DNA of 64,000 nucleotides from Octopus vulgaris (taxonomy: Eukaryota): positions 116,436,001 to 116,500,000 of the forward strand of contig OX597818.1 in assembly GCA_951406725.2 (NCBI GenBank), given 5' to 3'. Each line of letters begins with the position of its first letter. Within the stretch, counting starts at the first letter, position 1. Below the pieces are notes generated by a model. The model was given only the letters and a program-made list of their open reading frames with translations. It was not told where the DNA came from and did not search any database. Made by a program: the position numbers and the translations under genes. Positions 1-14,590 of this stretch are shown one piece after another.

Positions 1-185
1 GACGTGTCATACACATTGCCGAGATTTAACGCTTTCGTTGAAAATAAACATTTGCAAGATCGGTTAACTTATTTTGAAACCGAATACAAAAAAAAAAACT
101 CCTTTGAAAACACGAGTATCATTTAGTGTATAAAATTATTTGTGTTTACAATAGGTTTCGGGTGTCTTAGGTGAAAGCATTCATC

Positions 186-1286
<1,101 letters not shown>

Positions 1287-1288
<2 letters not shown>

Positions 1289-1461
1289 GGGAGAGTTTAC
1301 GAAAAATCAAAAGACGAAGACAGGTGGTGCACAAAACAAACAGATGTATTAGTATAACGCTCAGGCATAGAAAACGTATTTTACGTTTCGAGCCTACACT
1401 CTTCTACAGAAAGGAACACAGAAAAAATAAGGAGAGAAACAACGAGAGAAAAAAAGTGTGT
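1287..1461 (-). mobile_element. Short non-autonomous repeat (family H1) carrying an HHR-like motif
   Basis: Reverse complement aligns with 27655-27823, 45250-45441 and 31060-31160; contains cttt-CTGTAGA-A-GAGT-gtag-GCTC-GAAAC-GTA. Confidence 0.8.
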
Positions 1462-1566
1462 ATACATACATATATATATGCATGTATATATGTATATATG
1501 TATGTATATATATGTATATATATGTATGTATATATATATATATGTATATATATATGTATATATATG

Positions 1567-1600
<34 letters not shown>

Positions 1601-1625
1601 ACATTCAAAGACATATTTTTTACAA

Positions 1626-1663
<38 letters not shown>

Positions 1664-1804
1664 CATAGATACAAATATATATTTATATATGTGTATATAT
1701 ACATATATATATGTTTACATGCATATATATATATATATGTGTGTGTGCGTGTGCGTGTGTCTGGGTGTGTATGTGCGTCTGCATATCCATGTGTGCGTAT
1801 ATCA

Positions 1805-1892
<88 letters not shown>
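1458..1892. repeat. (TA)n/(TG)n compound microsatellite
   Basis: Direct reading. Confidence 0.9.
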
Positions 1893-1894
<2 letters not shown>

Positions 1895-2229
1895 ATTATT
1901 GTTCTGTTCCATGATAGTAAGCTGAAAAAAAAAGAAAAGCAGTCCATTTGGTGAAAGATAATCATTATCTAATAGATACAATACATGTCTATATGACCCA
2001 CTAAAGGTTTCATATGTTGAGAAATCCCATCATGTACAAACTGCATATCATAACAGACAATATTTAGCTCGTCATGATATGTGGGTTGTTCTTCATGTGT
2101 ATGTTTCAGGTATTTGTCAACATACAAAACTCTTAGTAGCGCTTAAAAACATGTACTATGTTCATTAAATAGTATATATATATGGTTCATGAGATAGACG
2201 GAAGATGGAAGATACGAGAATTTTCATTA

Positions 2230-2337
2230 ATCACTACAATTGTTTCCACCCATGTAGCATCGATCCCTCAAGAGTAGTATAATTAACAACGGATTTTTTG
2301 GAGGATCCTGCGGTGTAGATGTGTTTCGTCGGATGAT
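2230..2337 (-). ncRNA. Degenerate type-I hammerhead-like motif with long stem II
   Basis: Minus strand AUCAU-CCGACGA-...-GAAAC-AAUU-GUA-GUGAU; stem I AUCAU/GUGAU; palindromic stem III ACAAUUGU; core U4 is C. Confidence 0.45.
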
Positions 2338-2722
2338 AATTACATATAGCTCTTTAAAATAGTATTTCTCGATTCAGAGAAAGAAAGACGCTTTTGTAAT
2401 TTTTTGTTGAACAACCTGCAGAGAAAATTTGTTCATAGTGGTCAAATATTCGTGCTGAAACATTAGCTCGTTCTCTCTATAACACCGACATTACTTTTAC
2501 CGGTTTACTGTTTGACACACGTCATATGTCGAAGTGAATATAGAGCAGCGTGAGATGGAATGTATTACTGAAGAACACAGCACACCACCTGGTGTAGTAA
2601 TATATATATATATAGATATATATATATATATATATATATAAATATATATATAATATATACATACATACATACATACATACATACATAATACATACATATA
2701 TATATATATATATATATGTCAG

Positions 2723-2958
2723 GGCGGCCAGCTGGCACAATGGTTAGCACGCCGGGAGAAACACTTAGCGGTATTTCATCTACCGTTACATTCTGAGTTC
2801 AGTTCAAATTCTGCCGATGTGGACTTTACCTTTCATCCTCTCGGGGTCGATGAAATAAATACCAGTTACGCACTGGAGTCGATGTAATCGACTTAATCCC
2901 TTTGTCTGTCCTTGTTTGTTACCTCTATATTTAGCACCATGTGGGCAATCAAGAAACA
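2723..2958 (+). mobile_element. tRNA-derived SINE family A, near full length
   Basis: Head GGCGGCCAGCTGGC..GTTAGC, B-box-like GAGTTCAAATTC, core GACTTT.CCTTTCATCCT.TCGGGGTCGAT; more than 15 copies in the window. Confidence 0.9.
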
Positions 2959-3117
2959 AATATATATATATATATATATATTTATTTATTTATTTAAAAT
3001 GTGAATGAGAAACAACGCAAACATGTTCCGTGTTTAATACATGACAGATTTAAATATTATGTAGAACTCTAGCTTCACGCCTGCTTTTCGATAAACTAAT
3101 AATTTATTGCTTATATA

Positions 3118-3680
3118 TTGGATTGTCCAGAAAGTTCGTGACGATTTTTAATAGAAAGAAAAAGGTCAATAAATACTTGCCATTACATTTTTAATCAACC
3201 AAATACGAACCATTTTGTTGCACAATGCATCTCCATCTTTCCTTTAACTTGAAAATACCCTCTTCCCAGAAATGAGATGGTTTCATGGCAAAGAATTAAT
3301 CAAGGTATCTTTTTACGTCATCCAAGGAATTGAAAATTTTACCCTTAAGACTATTCTGGAGAGACCTGAATAAGTGGAAATCCGAAGAAGCAATATCTGG
3401 TGAATATGGAGGGTGGGGTAACACATCCCAGCTGAGCTGCAGCAATTTTTGTCTGGTTCCCAAAGCATCAAGTGCCGAAAAGGAACTTTCTTATCTTCCA
3501 TTTTAAAGGGTTACAAAATTAACACAGGTTATAAGAACATAAACCTTCCATGAAAAGATAGCTTAAACTGTGCTCTAAATGGAGGTGTAGTAAAATCCTA
3601 TTTTATGGACTCAACCATGTTCTAAAATAAGTCGAAAGGTAAGCTACTATAAATCAGCACGAACTTTCCGGACAACCCAA
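3118..3680 (-). mobile_element. Internally deleted mariner transposon
   Basis: TIRs TTGGATTGTCCAGAAAGTTCGTG / CACGAACTTTCCGGACAACCCAA with TA on both flanks; minus strand MEDKKVPFRHLMLW joined to WDVLPHPPYSPDIASSDFHLFRSL (mariner YSPDLAP-type motif). Confidence 0.92.
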
Positions 3681-5301
3681 TACTTGTAGAGAATCATTGC
3701 CGTCACTGGTATCCTTACATTATCTTTACATTAATTGCATTACCGTTAAATATTAAGTTGATTAAATAAAATATAGCATGAAACAGCCTGTTGGTGAAAA
3801 ACAAATATGAGTTTGGATTAACTTGGAAGATATTGTGAGGGTCTTAGTTGTTATTAGAAACAAGAGTACACGAATAATCCGGTATCTGGTTGCCGAGAAT
3901 AGATTGCTGTAATGAGAAGACAAAATATAATATGTGCATTAGGATTATTTAACGTATATTTATAATAAATTATTGTTTTTAATATAGAATTAATCAAAAA
4001 AATGATCTAGTTTCGTATATGACATCAATATAGACTGCATAAAATTTCAAAAGAGATGGTGATTCAATATATAAAGAATCTGTCCTTGTGAGTGGTTTTG
4101 TAATTGAAATCAGGTATTAAATTCCAAAATAATTAGGTTGATTGTAGATATTAATCGAAAAATGCGATCTTGCACACGCTATCAATGAAGATATGTATTT
4201 TATAATGACGGATGCAATATTCATTCAATGAAGGTATTTCATGTTCTCATAAGGTGTGAATGACGTATGTACATACTCGCATATTTCCATCGTCAAACTT
4301 ACATTTTCTTTCGGATACTCAAGAATTTCATAAACGGCATGCAACTTTGTGTCCAATGAATAATTTAATTAATTCTTATTACAATGGTATAGAGATGGTA
4401 CATACTAGGATGTTTAAGGCATTCCTTACTTGTAGTTAAATTGTTTGAATATACTAAGTGCAGGTTTATATTGTGTCCTAAAGCTCCGAGAAATCGCATA
4501 TATATTAAATTATAATTAAAAAGGAGTATTTCGTCTAAAATAAAATGCAATAATATTTACAAAATTATAATGAGAGTTTAAAATATGGCATTTCTTTTGA
4601 AACATTCGAGTGAAATATTAAGTTATAGTTGTGGAATGTATTAAACTAAAGCAAAGTGTAGGTAAGTCTTTTACAGTAAATCTGGTATATTGAACGGAAA
4701 AGTTTACCAATCATCCTATCTAAAACAATATATGTCATGAGATATTAGAATACCACATTCATAACTAACTGTGAAATGTACTGAAAATATAGCAAAATAT
4801 TTATGTCATTCTTCGGTTGATCGGAAAAACAGAGACAAACATGATAAAAACTAACAGATAGTCACATATTTTGAAATAATTGTAAACACAGATCTTCATG
4901 GCTTATAGAAAATAAAAACAGCAGCAAAGCAAAGTTCAATATAATACTAATATTAATATCAATGGTTTTTACTTCCTATGTGATAAAAGAGAGCAGTGCT
5001 GTTTGAATTTCGATTTAAACAGGATAAAATATACACATATCATATGATCACAACTATGTCTAAATTTTCGAAATAAATCAAAATATTTTAATTTAATATT
5101 TATGAAAGGAAGACAATCAAATGCAACAGTGTGCACTCTGGCAGAGGCATTAGAAAGTGTGCTAATTGGAGTTAAGATGGTTGTCTGGATCAGATTAACA
5201 ATGATTTGACTACCACCGTCGACTCACCACCAGGTAGCCGTTACTCTTCAGAGCCGAAACTGTCATTGTGTATGTGTGGGTATGCATGTACGCATACGTG
5301 T

Positions 5302-5396
5302 ATACATACATACATACATACATACATACAAACATACATACATACATACATACATACATACATACATACATACATACATACATACATACACACACA
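5302..5396. repeat. (TACA)n microsatellite
   Basis: Direct reading. Confidence 0.95.
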
Positions 5397-5943
5397 ATGT
5401 TCTTCCTACAAGTAAGATGAAATGCTTTATGTTCACCGCCCGCAAACATCTTTGCCAGTACAAACACGGCTTCCAGTTCGATAATAAAAAAAATTCCGAG
5501 TTGTATATATACCGTACAAGTTTCAAATCATTAGCCTAGAAAATCGGTGCAGTTCTGTGATCTAATAAGGGAGTGTATTCTTTGGGCTATAGAAAACTTG
5601 CAACTTTTCCCACTGAATGTTTGGTCTACTTCTTTCTACGATGTTCCATTCAATACTGTCAAGTATGGTGCCGCTCTTCAAATTCCAGATACAGCTTGCT
5701 AGGTTTGTGCAATTCCTTTCCTATGTCTACGTGTTTGAAAGGAGGCTGGTAGTTGCGGTATTTTAAAAAAATTACTGTTGCACTGGCCAATATATAATTT
5801 TCTCTTCCCTTGTTTGTCGGAACGGAGCCTAGCTCGGCTTCATCGAGGACCGAAGTTTACTTACGGTAGCTATATCTAGGAGGTTACTTCAAATGCAACT
5901 ATATTTTTTACCCACCCTACATGTAGATGTATATGTGTGTATA

Positions 5944-5948
5944 CACAC

Positions 5949-6029
<81 letters not shown>

Positions 6030-6049
6030 TATATATATATATATATATA
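5944..6049. repeat. (CA)n(TA)n microsatellite
   Basis: Direct reading. Confidence 0.95.
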
Positions 6050-6263
6050 AATCACTAAATTTTGTACGACTTCTCCAACTCTCTCTCTCTCCCTCTCTCA
6101 CAATTCTTTGCCTTTCTTACTTTGCACTTCACTATATCCCTGTCTCTCTTTTTTTCTTGCCACTCCTAGATTCTTCTGTCTATGCATTCTCTCTCGCTCT
6201 CTCTCTTTTCCCCCTCCTTAAATCCTTTGTTCCTCTTTTTCTCTCTCTCCTCTTCTCACGTGA

Positions 6264-6409
6264 CCGAGGTCGACTTTGCCTTTCATCATTTCGGGGTCGA
6301 TAAATTAAGTACCAGTTACGCACTGGGGTCGATGTAATCGACTTAATCCGTTTGTCTGTCCTTGTTTGTCCCCTCTATGTTTAGCCCCTTGTGGGCAATA
6401 AAGAAACAA
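6264..6409 (+). mobile_element. SINE family A, 5'-truncated
   Basis: Matches core and tail of 2723-2958. Confidence 0.88.
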
Positions 6410-6587
6410 ATATTCTTCCATCTGCCGTAAGGCTTAATTCCCAACACGCCAGCTGAATTCAATTCGTCTCCAGTCGAAAGACGCCTGTTGTTATGCCCTG
6501 TTGTTGTTGTTATTATTATTATTATTATTATCATTATTATTATTGTTTTTTTTGTATTAATTTTGTATTTATAGATAGGAGTGGGCG

Positions 6588-6693
6588 AGTCGATTAGACT
6601 GACCTCTGTAAGCAACTGGTACTTAATTTATCGACCCCCGAAAGGATGAAAGGCAAAGTTGGCCTCAGCGAAATTTGAACTCAGAACGTAAAG
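6588..6693 (-). mobile_element. SINE family A fragment
   Basis: Reverse complement of the family A core. Confidence 0.85.
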
Positions 6694-7706
6694 TCTTATA
6701 TCACTATCATGTCTATGGAGGAGTCTTAAACCTGACTCGACGTGTCTCGTGACATAATTGAAACCCATTTCAATCTCGAAGTAGTCAAGACCTTTCAACA
6801 GTTTTCATACATATTCATAGCTAACCTTTGTTTTACTTTCGATTCCCATAAATAAAGAAGAATTTCCATGTGATTTAGAACTAAGTTACCATAATTCCCG
6901 AGACGCAGATTCATGTGATATCCAAAAGCAATCATTGAAAATGCTTGACTGGTGTGGAAAATATTTTTATAAAAATGACAAGTCTCTAAATTTCTAAAAT
7001 CTAATCTAGTTATTAGGTCTTATCTTAAAAAAATTTTATTTGTTCGCAAAATTTTGAAAATGGTACAACAAATTTCTGCGCCTTTTTTGTCTGTTACATG
7101 TATCATCTGTCTTTTCAATAAAAATAGAGACAGATAAAATAGACTTTTAAAGAAAAAATAAAATGTTGCAAAACTATTTAAGATAAAAAATATATTTTAA
7201 AGAAATTTTAAAAACTGTAATCTGAAGAAGTGGCAAATAAGAAATACAAATATGGCTTCATTGGATTTTGTGATATTAACATTGAAAGATTTATGCAGAA
7301 TTTTAGAAATGATCATTGAAAATGAAGCTGGAATGAAAGTCAATTAATTTCAAATGATAATAGACTATCGGGGTTTCTGAATTTAAGTAGGATTCTAAGA
7401 CATAAAACAGCAAATAAATAAAATTGTCAAGCAAACTTGCCAATTTAAAATTGCGGAAATTCTCCAAGAGTGAGAGGGACAGAATAGAGATTATTGGCAA
7501 TTGATAAATAATAAGTTGAAGAAAATTCTAATAATGAGCAAGTCAAATGTACTTCAGGAAATTCAAAGGATTAAACTGATCGTGAGGACGCATCCAGATG
7601 CTTATGAACTGTTTACTACAGCAAACAAAATGTTCCAAGCGTGTTTTGAAGTGGTATTGGAAATGCCAATGCATTACGTGTTAAGATTTGAACGGTAGCA
7701 TCAAGA

Positions 7707-7910
7707 TTGAAAATGCCAATGAAAATTGATAGAATTACTTATTATTTTTCAAATGTCTTGCTCTTGTCGAAAATAAGGAATAATTACCAAGGATATGGGA
7801 AAACATTATTTATGGGACAAAAATATGACGAAAAGCTGAAACGAATCAACGTTTCGATAACAGCAGTACAGAGACACATGGAATGCTGGAATGCACAAAA
7901 CTTTGGATAA
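7707..7910 (+). pseudogene. Possible highly decayed hAT (Charlie/SPIN-like) transposase fragment
   Basis: LFMGQKYDEKLKRINVSITAVQRHM resembles the hAT G.K....L..I.LS..TV.RRI segment; no other motif recognised. Confidence 0.3.
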
Positions 7911-9654
7911 CGGAAAACTTTTGAAAATTAAACAGTCGGCTTTAGTTTCGTGTTAACAGTGAAAGTATAAAGTATACATTTATGAAGCTACGTGCCTACA
8001 GCTATAATATTTTATAACATCGCTTTCCAATATGTTTTAATCCATTTCATAACACTTACGAAATTTCGTCTTCTGTAGCAACATGTTCTGATTGGAATTT
8101 CATAGACAGAAAACTTCTACAATGCCCTCGTATCTTTTTATTAGCTGATTAAATTCTAATTAGATCAAATATGAGTGTAGTTCTCATATAGTCTGCTGGA
8201 AATGGAGAAAGATTTCGCCTAGTGTATGGCCGTTAAATTTTCTATAATATTAGATGTAATATTACTTGTTTAAGCATTTAGTAATAAAAACCATCTACCT
8301 CTATAAAATATCCCAGTTTAATAAACTAGAGACATAAAAAGTAGTTATATGCACATTTTATAAAAATACATAGAAATTCAGATGCATCATTATCTAGGTA
8401 TAGGAGATATTGAAATAACAGTTAATTGAAAGAGCGAATATATAAATACTTAAGTATTAATAATATACATATGTATTATTAGGGAGGCATATGCGAGACT
8501 TATTGGCATATAAAGAGAGAAAAAAACGATATAATATTGTAGTCATAAAAAATTCAGTTATATAAACATGCCAAAAATAACAACGTAGCTCTGTAAAATG
8601 GTAACATATGAAAAATATGGAAATTTTAAATGAAGATTGATGACATTATAAGCATACATTGTCGTACGGCGACGAAAAGTATAATGAGAGCTATAAAATG
8701 ATCTCGTAAAATTGTATGTGCATCAAGAGATATAGAAATACAAGAATTTAGGTATAGAAAAGTGTATTGGTATATAAAAAATGTATCCATGCAATCAACG
8801 AAATATTGCCATGGTTCGGTGGCTGATCTCAATTATTTGCTTCATACCATCTCTGGTTCTATGGTAGAAACTTCTAATTTTAAAGTACTAAACTTCTATC
8901 ACAATTTCAAGTTAGATCTTGCTCTAAGCACCACCTTAATAACGAAACATTTTTTCCTTAGGTTTTGATTATATTCAAAATTATTTAAAGCAAATCCTGC
9001 ATATTCCAACGGAAATATGGTAACAAAAACATTAATAAGTTTTGAAAATGCAACAAAAATGTAATCTATACCTGATGATATTTATCCACTTACGACGACC
9101 AGATCTGCATGATGAAACGTCTATATGTGCAGAGCTTATCCCAAAGCAATGGAAATTCCTAATCTTTCATTGCTTGTGAGGATTCTTATATTGATCTCTC
9201 CATTAATCTCTTTGAAATGTGTTCAAGGTACAACCGACTGCATTACTCTTATGGAAAAGAACTATGAACGTTGTTGAATATTTAAACAGCCTGCCACTGG
9301 ATCTTTATCCTCGCTTCATTCGAGACTGTAGCTCCATCAAATGCGCAACCCATGAAAGACGTCGATTTTCAAACATTGCGATCAAATCTGTTTATTGTTT
9401 AGAAAATCCTGCAGTTCTCCTTGTCATAAAGAATAACTTCGTATTGAAACCCCGGTTCTTATGCAGAACGTATTTGTACGTGATGTTTGTGAGTAGCGAG
9501 ATGCAACCGTTTCACAAAAAGCTAACAGGATGACTCAAAATGACTTAAATGGGACATATGAAAAGATACGATGGTTGAGCGATAACAAGTTAACGCTCAG
9601 GCATTCACGGAGCTATAAGTGACAACTCCAATTGTGAATGTTTGTGAGACTGAT

Positions 9655-9990
9655 TGTTGTTGTCATCCTTTTGTCTCAGGAGACAACGGAGTTGCGCATA
9701 AACTAATCCAGCCTGGCTTTTACATTTTATGTCCTTTCCAGTTTCCTCTCCAGTTTTGCGCAGGCCTGGGCTAGATGCAAGAAAATCCTAGGTAGCCCAA
9801 TCGTCAGGATTCCTCTCTCAATCTTGCTGATGTAGTCTAAAGGAGTGCAGAGCATTACGTTTGGCACCAGCTTGGTTGCAGGTGTGTTGATTCAAACACT
9901 AAACCGCCTATGGGGCTCCACCCCAGATTTCTTTGAAGGTTGTCTCCTTTCCGTAACCCTGGATAGGGGTCCATACCGGGTACTGTCAGC
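9655..9990 (-). mobile_element. RTE-type LINE or SINE-related remnant
   Basis: GC-richer block with AGACAACGGAGTTGCGC and TTTGGCACCAGCTTGGTTGCAGG segments resembling RTE-associated UTRs, next to a short (TTG)n. Confidence 0.5.
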
Positions 9991-10640
9991 CGGAGCCAGC
10001 TGAGCCCGGGACTCGTGCTCAGGCGAGAGGGAATACACTGCTAATAAATGCATCCGAATTCCTATGCATACATATAGATTGCTGGATCAAATGAAACCAT
10101 AAGTATTTCAAACGGATCGTGAGTTCATTTAAGTTGTTTAGGTAGGCGACATTGATGCTGGCCTGTGTGGATTTGCCTCTCCCATTGTCAAGTTGGAAGC
10201 CCTAAAGATTTTCTTTCACTATTCTCATTTAGTATGGAGACTAATAGAAACCGCAGAAAAATATAAAAGGAAAAAATCACGAAGGCGATAGAAAACAGTA
10301 AAGTTTCATAGACATTCTATCTGAAACAATGATATCGTTATATCAGCTGAATCCAGCGTTTATATTAGATATGCTTGGAGCAGATATGAACTGTTATTCA
10401 ACATTAACAAGATCAACAGTATGTAGCATATATGACCATATTTCAAATTTTTCTCCGATTGCAGATTCAGGTGTATTTACCTTTACAAAACATTGCATTG
10501 CACCGTACAGTTTAAAACAACTGAGAGTCCGAGCAAATTAAAATTTACTATGAAATTAAGCTCATGGGTTTGCTGAACACAAATCCTATTTATAATCATT
10601 TTGTGCATTGATCCCTCTAGTATGAACGGAAATTTCAATT

Positions 10641-10986
10641 ATAGGATCCAGTGGCTAAAGAAATCATGAAGAGGAATCACGTCCGGTTTCGGCCCCTACT
10701 TTTCTACCGTTTTCGACGTGGCGGGCCTCCATCATTTCGGACGTGTCTTCAGCTCTGTTGTTGAGTGGATTTCTTCTTTCTACTTCTTTCTTCTGTTCTC
10801 TGGCCTCTTTGATGCAGCGTCAACGAATGTCAGCGGGCGACTGACCATCCTGCTAAGTTTCCCTTTAAATACTCGCCGATAGGCTCCAGCAGCCAGCACC
10901 AACTAGTTGTCACGTGACACTGTCTAAACTTCAACTGACCAATGGAGAGTAAAGGCGCGTAATCTTAGCCCGCACCCTCTCTAAAC
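10641..10986 (-). mobile_element. ~340-bp dispersed repeat (LTR/pseudo-LTR-like), copy 1
   Basis: Reverse complement aligns along its length with 53836-54177. Confidence 0.8.
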
Positions 10987-11592
10987 CTGCCTTCCAACAG
11001 TGTCGTGTTAGTTTTAGTTCCAGCAGCCAGAGCCGACCAACTGTAGAACAAATTAGCAGGAGTTATACAAAGTCACAAATTCAAATGTTCCTAGTTTCTC
11101 CTTGCAATTTTCTGGTTTTGATCTCTACTAAAGTAACAGATCAATTCTTTCTTAAGTATGTCTTAAATATTAATAAAACATATTTCAGAAAAAAATATCA
11201 CTAACACCTTTATAAAGTTCACAAATCTTACTTGATATTTGAAATAAATGTCAAGCTTCGTCTGAAAGTATATTAAAGTAGATATTTTTTCTACAGAAAT
11301 TATAAGAAAAAAACATATTGTGGATTTTAGTACGCCCATATTTTCATGGGAAGCAGCAACTTAAAAGTAGTTTTAAGAACGGATGAAAAGGTATAACGAG
11401 GTAAGCAATAAACTGCGATTTTGTTAGAGTGATTTGAATATACATTTTTGGTTTCACAACTGAGCTAAACAATTGGTATTATCTCTAGCTTTAATCGGCG
11501 TTTAAAACCATTCATCCATCCATCCAAACATACATACATACATACATACATGCATACATACATACATACATACATGCATACATACATACATA

Positions 11593-11809
11593 CTTCCGGT
11601 CTTTCAAAATGTGACCTCGTGTGTACCGTTGGCGATTTGTTTTCCTCTGTCTTCCCTTATCTGGATCTTTCCTTCTCCTATGTTTCCGACGAAGAGCTCC
11701 GCTCGAAGCGTTACGCCCTCCTTCTTTCCTTCTCTCCTGAGCGTCCAATAATACTATATTTGTTCCATGTCCTCGCGTTGTTGTGTTTTTTGTGCTTTCT
11801 TGTGTGGAT

Positions 11810-11813
<4 letters not shown>
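11593..11813 (+). mobile_element. Short repeat related to family H1 with a decayed HHR-like motif at 11682-11716
   Basis: gttt-CCGACGA-A-GAGC-tcc-GCTC-GAAGC-GTT; downstream TCCTGAGCG..AATA shared with H1; followed by (TA)n. Confidence 0.6.
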
Positions 11814-11844
<31 letters not shown>

Positions 11845-11845
11845 A

Positions 11846-12420
11846 TAAAAAATAAAGGGTAAAATTAATCAATTAGTTAGTAATTAATAATTCCACCAAG
11901 TAGTATTCGGCATGTTAAAAGGACCATTATCGGTAAGCTTAAACAATATTTTTTTTTATAATTATGAGTATAATTATAATTAGGGTTCAGCAAAAAAATT
12001 TGCTTAACAACATACCGAACTTTAGAAATAGCAGCCAATAAAACTTAACTATTTCTTTTACTATAAGAAGCAACTCCCGGACAACCTACGTAGGCATAGA
12101 AGAAAAAACAACGAAAATTCGCTCAGTATTTGATTACCTGTGGACGCGTTTCTGAGTTAGATAGATATGAAAATGCAAAATTCACATTTTCATTCGACCA
12201 TTCCCTTCATCAGCACAAGATTTCAAACTTTTGAATTTGAGAGCACTGAAAAAATTAAACATACCTATCTGATTCGAGTAACATCAGAAAAACAATATCC
12301 AATGACCAGTACCAACGAATTCAAAACATACGAATGAGGGCTCGTATTCTCCCTCACCCACCCACGTGTGTTGTCGAGTAAAAAATTCTGCAGAAAAAAA
12401 CTGTAGTATATTATCAGGGA
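11846..12420 (-). mobile_element. Penelope-like terminal-repeat remnant
   Basis: Contains the HHR at 12138-12218; 11975-12060 is similar to 40730-40810. Confidence 0.5.
12138..12218 (-). ncRNA. Type-I hammerhead ribozyme motif with extended stem II
   Basis: UUGUG-CUGAUGA-A-[..AUGAAAAUGUGAA-UU-UUGCAUUUUCAU..]-GAAAC-GC-GUC-CACAG: intact core boxes, 5-bp stem I, palindromic ACGCGU stem III. Confidence 0.7.
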
Positions 12421-12452
12421 GAGAATTATATTATCAATAATAATAAAGGGTA

Positions 12453-12986
12453 TTAGTGGTATTTCGTCTGCCGTTACGTTCTGAGTTCAAATTCCGCCGA
12501 GGACGGCTTTGCCTTTCATCGTTTCGGGGTCGATAAATTAAGGACCAGTTACGCACTGGGGTCGATATAATCGCCTTAATCTGTCTGTCTGTCCTTGTTT
12601 GTCTCCTCCGTGTTTAGATCCTTGTGGGTAGTAAAGAAATAGGTATTTCGTCTGTCATTACGGTCTGAGTTCAAATTCCACCGACGTCGACTTTGCTTTT
12701 CATCCTTTCGGGGCCGATAAATTAAGTACCAATTGCCTACTAGTGTCGATCTAATCGACTGGCCTCTTCCTCCAAAATTTCGGGCCTTGTGTCTTGAGTA
12801 GAAAAAGAATACTTTGCGGCATTTCGTCCATCTCTACGTTTTGAGTTCAAATTCCACCGAGGTCGATTTTTGCCTTTCATCCTTTCGGCCTCGATAAAAC
12901 AGGTACCAGGTGAGCACTGGGGCCGATATAATCGATTTACCACATCCCCTGAATTTGCTGGCCTTATGCCAAAATTTGAAACCAAT
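12453..12986 (+). mobile_element. Three head-to-tail 5'-truncated SINE A copies (about 12453-12641, 12642-12810, 12815-12986)
   Basis: Core GG(T/C)ATTTCGTC..GAGTTCAAATTCC..TTTCATC repeated three times. Confidence 0.88.
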
Positions 12987-13272
12987 TTAACACTGGTTTA
13001 AATGGCCTTTATGTTTCGGCTACATAAGCCAATATTTTATAGCCGTTGTGTCTTTAGGAAATATGGAGATTCCATTCTTCCTATTTGTTTACTCTATGAA
13101 AGCTGTGTGATGCATGTGTTATCGGTGGAGAGATATACTAAAATCCTGAAGAACTGATATTATTTAATCTTAGTCCGGTGAATTCGACAGGAACGGAACA
13201 ATTATAAGAACGGAACAGTTGTAAGAATCATCAATCAGTTATGTTGTTGTCCTCTCCCATCCTAGCGTAATC

Positions 13273-13478
13273 TCTTTTACTTGTTTCAGTCATTTGACTG
13301 TGGCCATGCTGGAGTACCGCCTTTAGCCGAGCAAATCGACCCCAGGACTTACTCTTTGTAAGCCTAGTACTTATTCTATTGGTTTCCATTGCCGAACCAC
13401 TAAGTTACGGGGACGTAAACACACCAACATCGGTTGTCAAGCGATGTTGGGGGGACAAATACAGACGCACAAGCACAA

Positions 13479-13517
<39 letters not shown>

Positions 13518-13683
13518 CGACAGGCTTCTTTCAGTTTCCGTCTACCAAATCCACTCACAAGGCTTTGATTGGCCCGAGGCTATAGTAGAAGACACTTGCC
13601 CAAGGTGCCACGCACTGGGACTGAACCCGGAATTATGTGGTTGGTAAGCAAGCTACCTACCACACAGCCACTCCTGCGCCTAT
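13273..13683 (-). mobile_element. tRNA-derived SINE family B (CORE-like) with internal microsatellite, full length
   Basis: Minus strand GGCGCAGGAGTGGCTGTGTGGTAGGTAG..GGTTCAGTCCC..CCTTGGGCAAGTGTCTT; matches 22916-23287 and 39049-39388. Confidence 0.9.
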
Positions 13684-13704
13684 AGTAGCAACAATTTTAC
13701 AGTT

Positions 13705-14046
<342 letters not shown>

Positions 14047-14559
14047 ATGTTTTTGTAAACAAAATTCCAGTACATACATTTGTAAATTTTCTTGATAAGA
14101 ATAGTTACATCTTTAAGTAATTTTATTACTTCTAATATTTTTTGCAAGTAATTCATAATATCTCTCCCACTGAAGGACTATTCTCAAATGCGTTTCTTTA
14201 GGCTTAATCTGTACATCCAATTGTAGAGGACGTGATATTTCATTTTTATGCATTTTTCCATGTTATTTGAAGAGGCAAAGTTGGCGTTAGTTTTGTAGTA
14301 GAGAAAAAAATATCAGTAATAAAATCTCATATCTCTTATAATTCCATACAGGAAAAGTTAACTTTCTCCAGTGTTTATTCAAGTGGTAATTCATTCCAAG
14401 AAAATAATAGTAAAAGAAAAAAATTCTTTTAAAAAATGAAAAGTAAGAAAGCTGTTTTCGTTGTTTAAAGTAGTGTGTAATCTAATGTAAACATTCCACT
14501 TATTCATGATAAACAGTAATACGCAGTGTCTCCAACACACCATTATAACAAACCGAGCC

Positions 14560-14590
<31 letters not shown>

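Noticed and set aside
9066-9126. CTGATGA ... GAAACGTC, a perfect-looking HHR core pair
   Set aside because: No stem II can be formed at the base and stem I needs a bulge; no second copy in the window; may be chance.
13003-13030. Minus-strand GGCU-UAUGU-AGCC-GAAAC, an HHR 3' half
   Set aside because: No CUGANGA box upstream.
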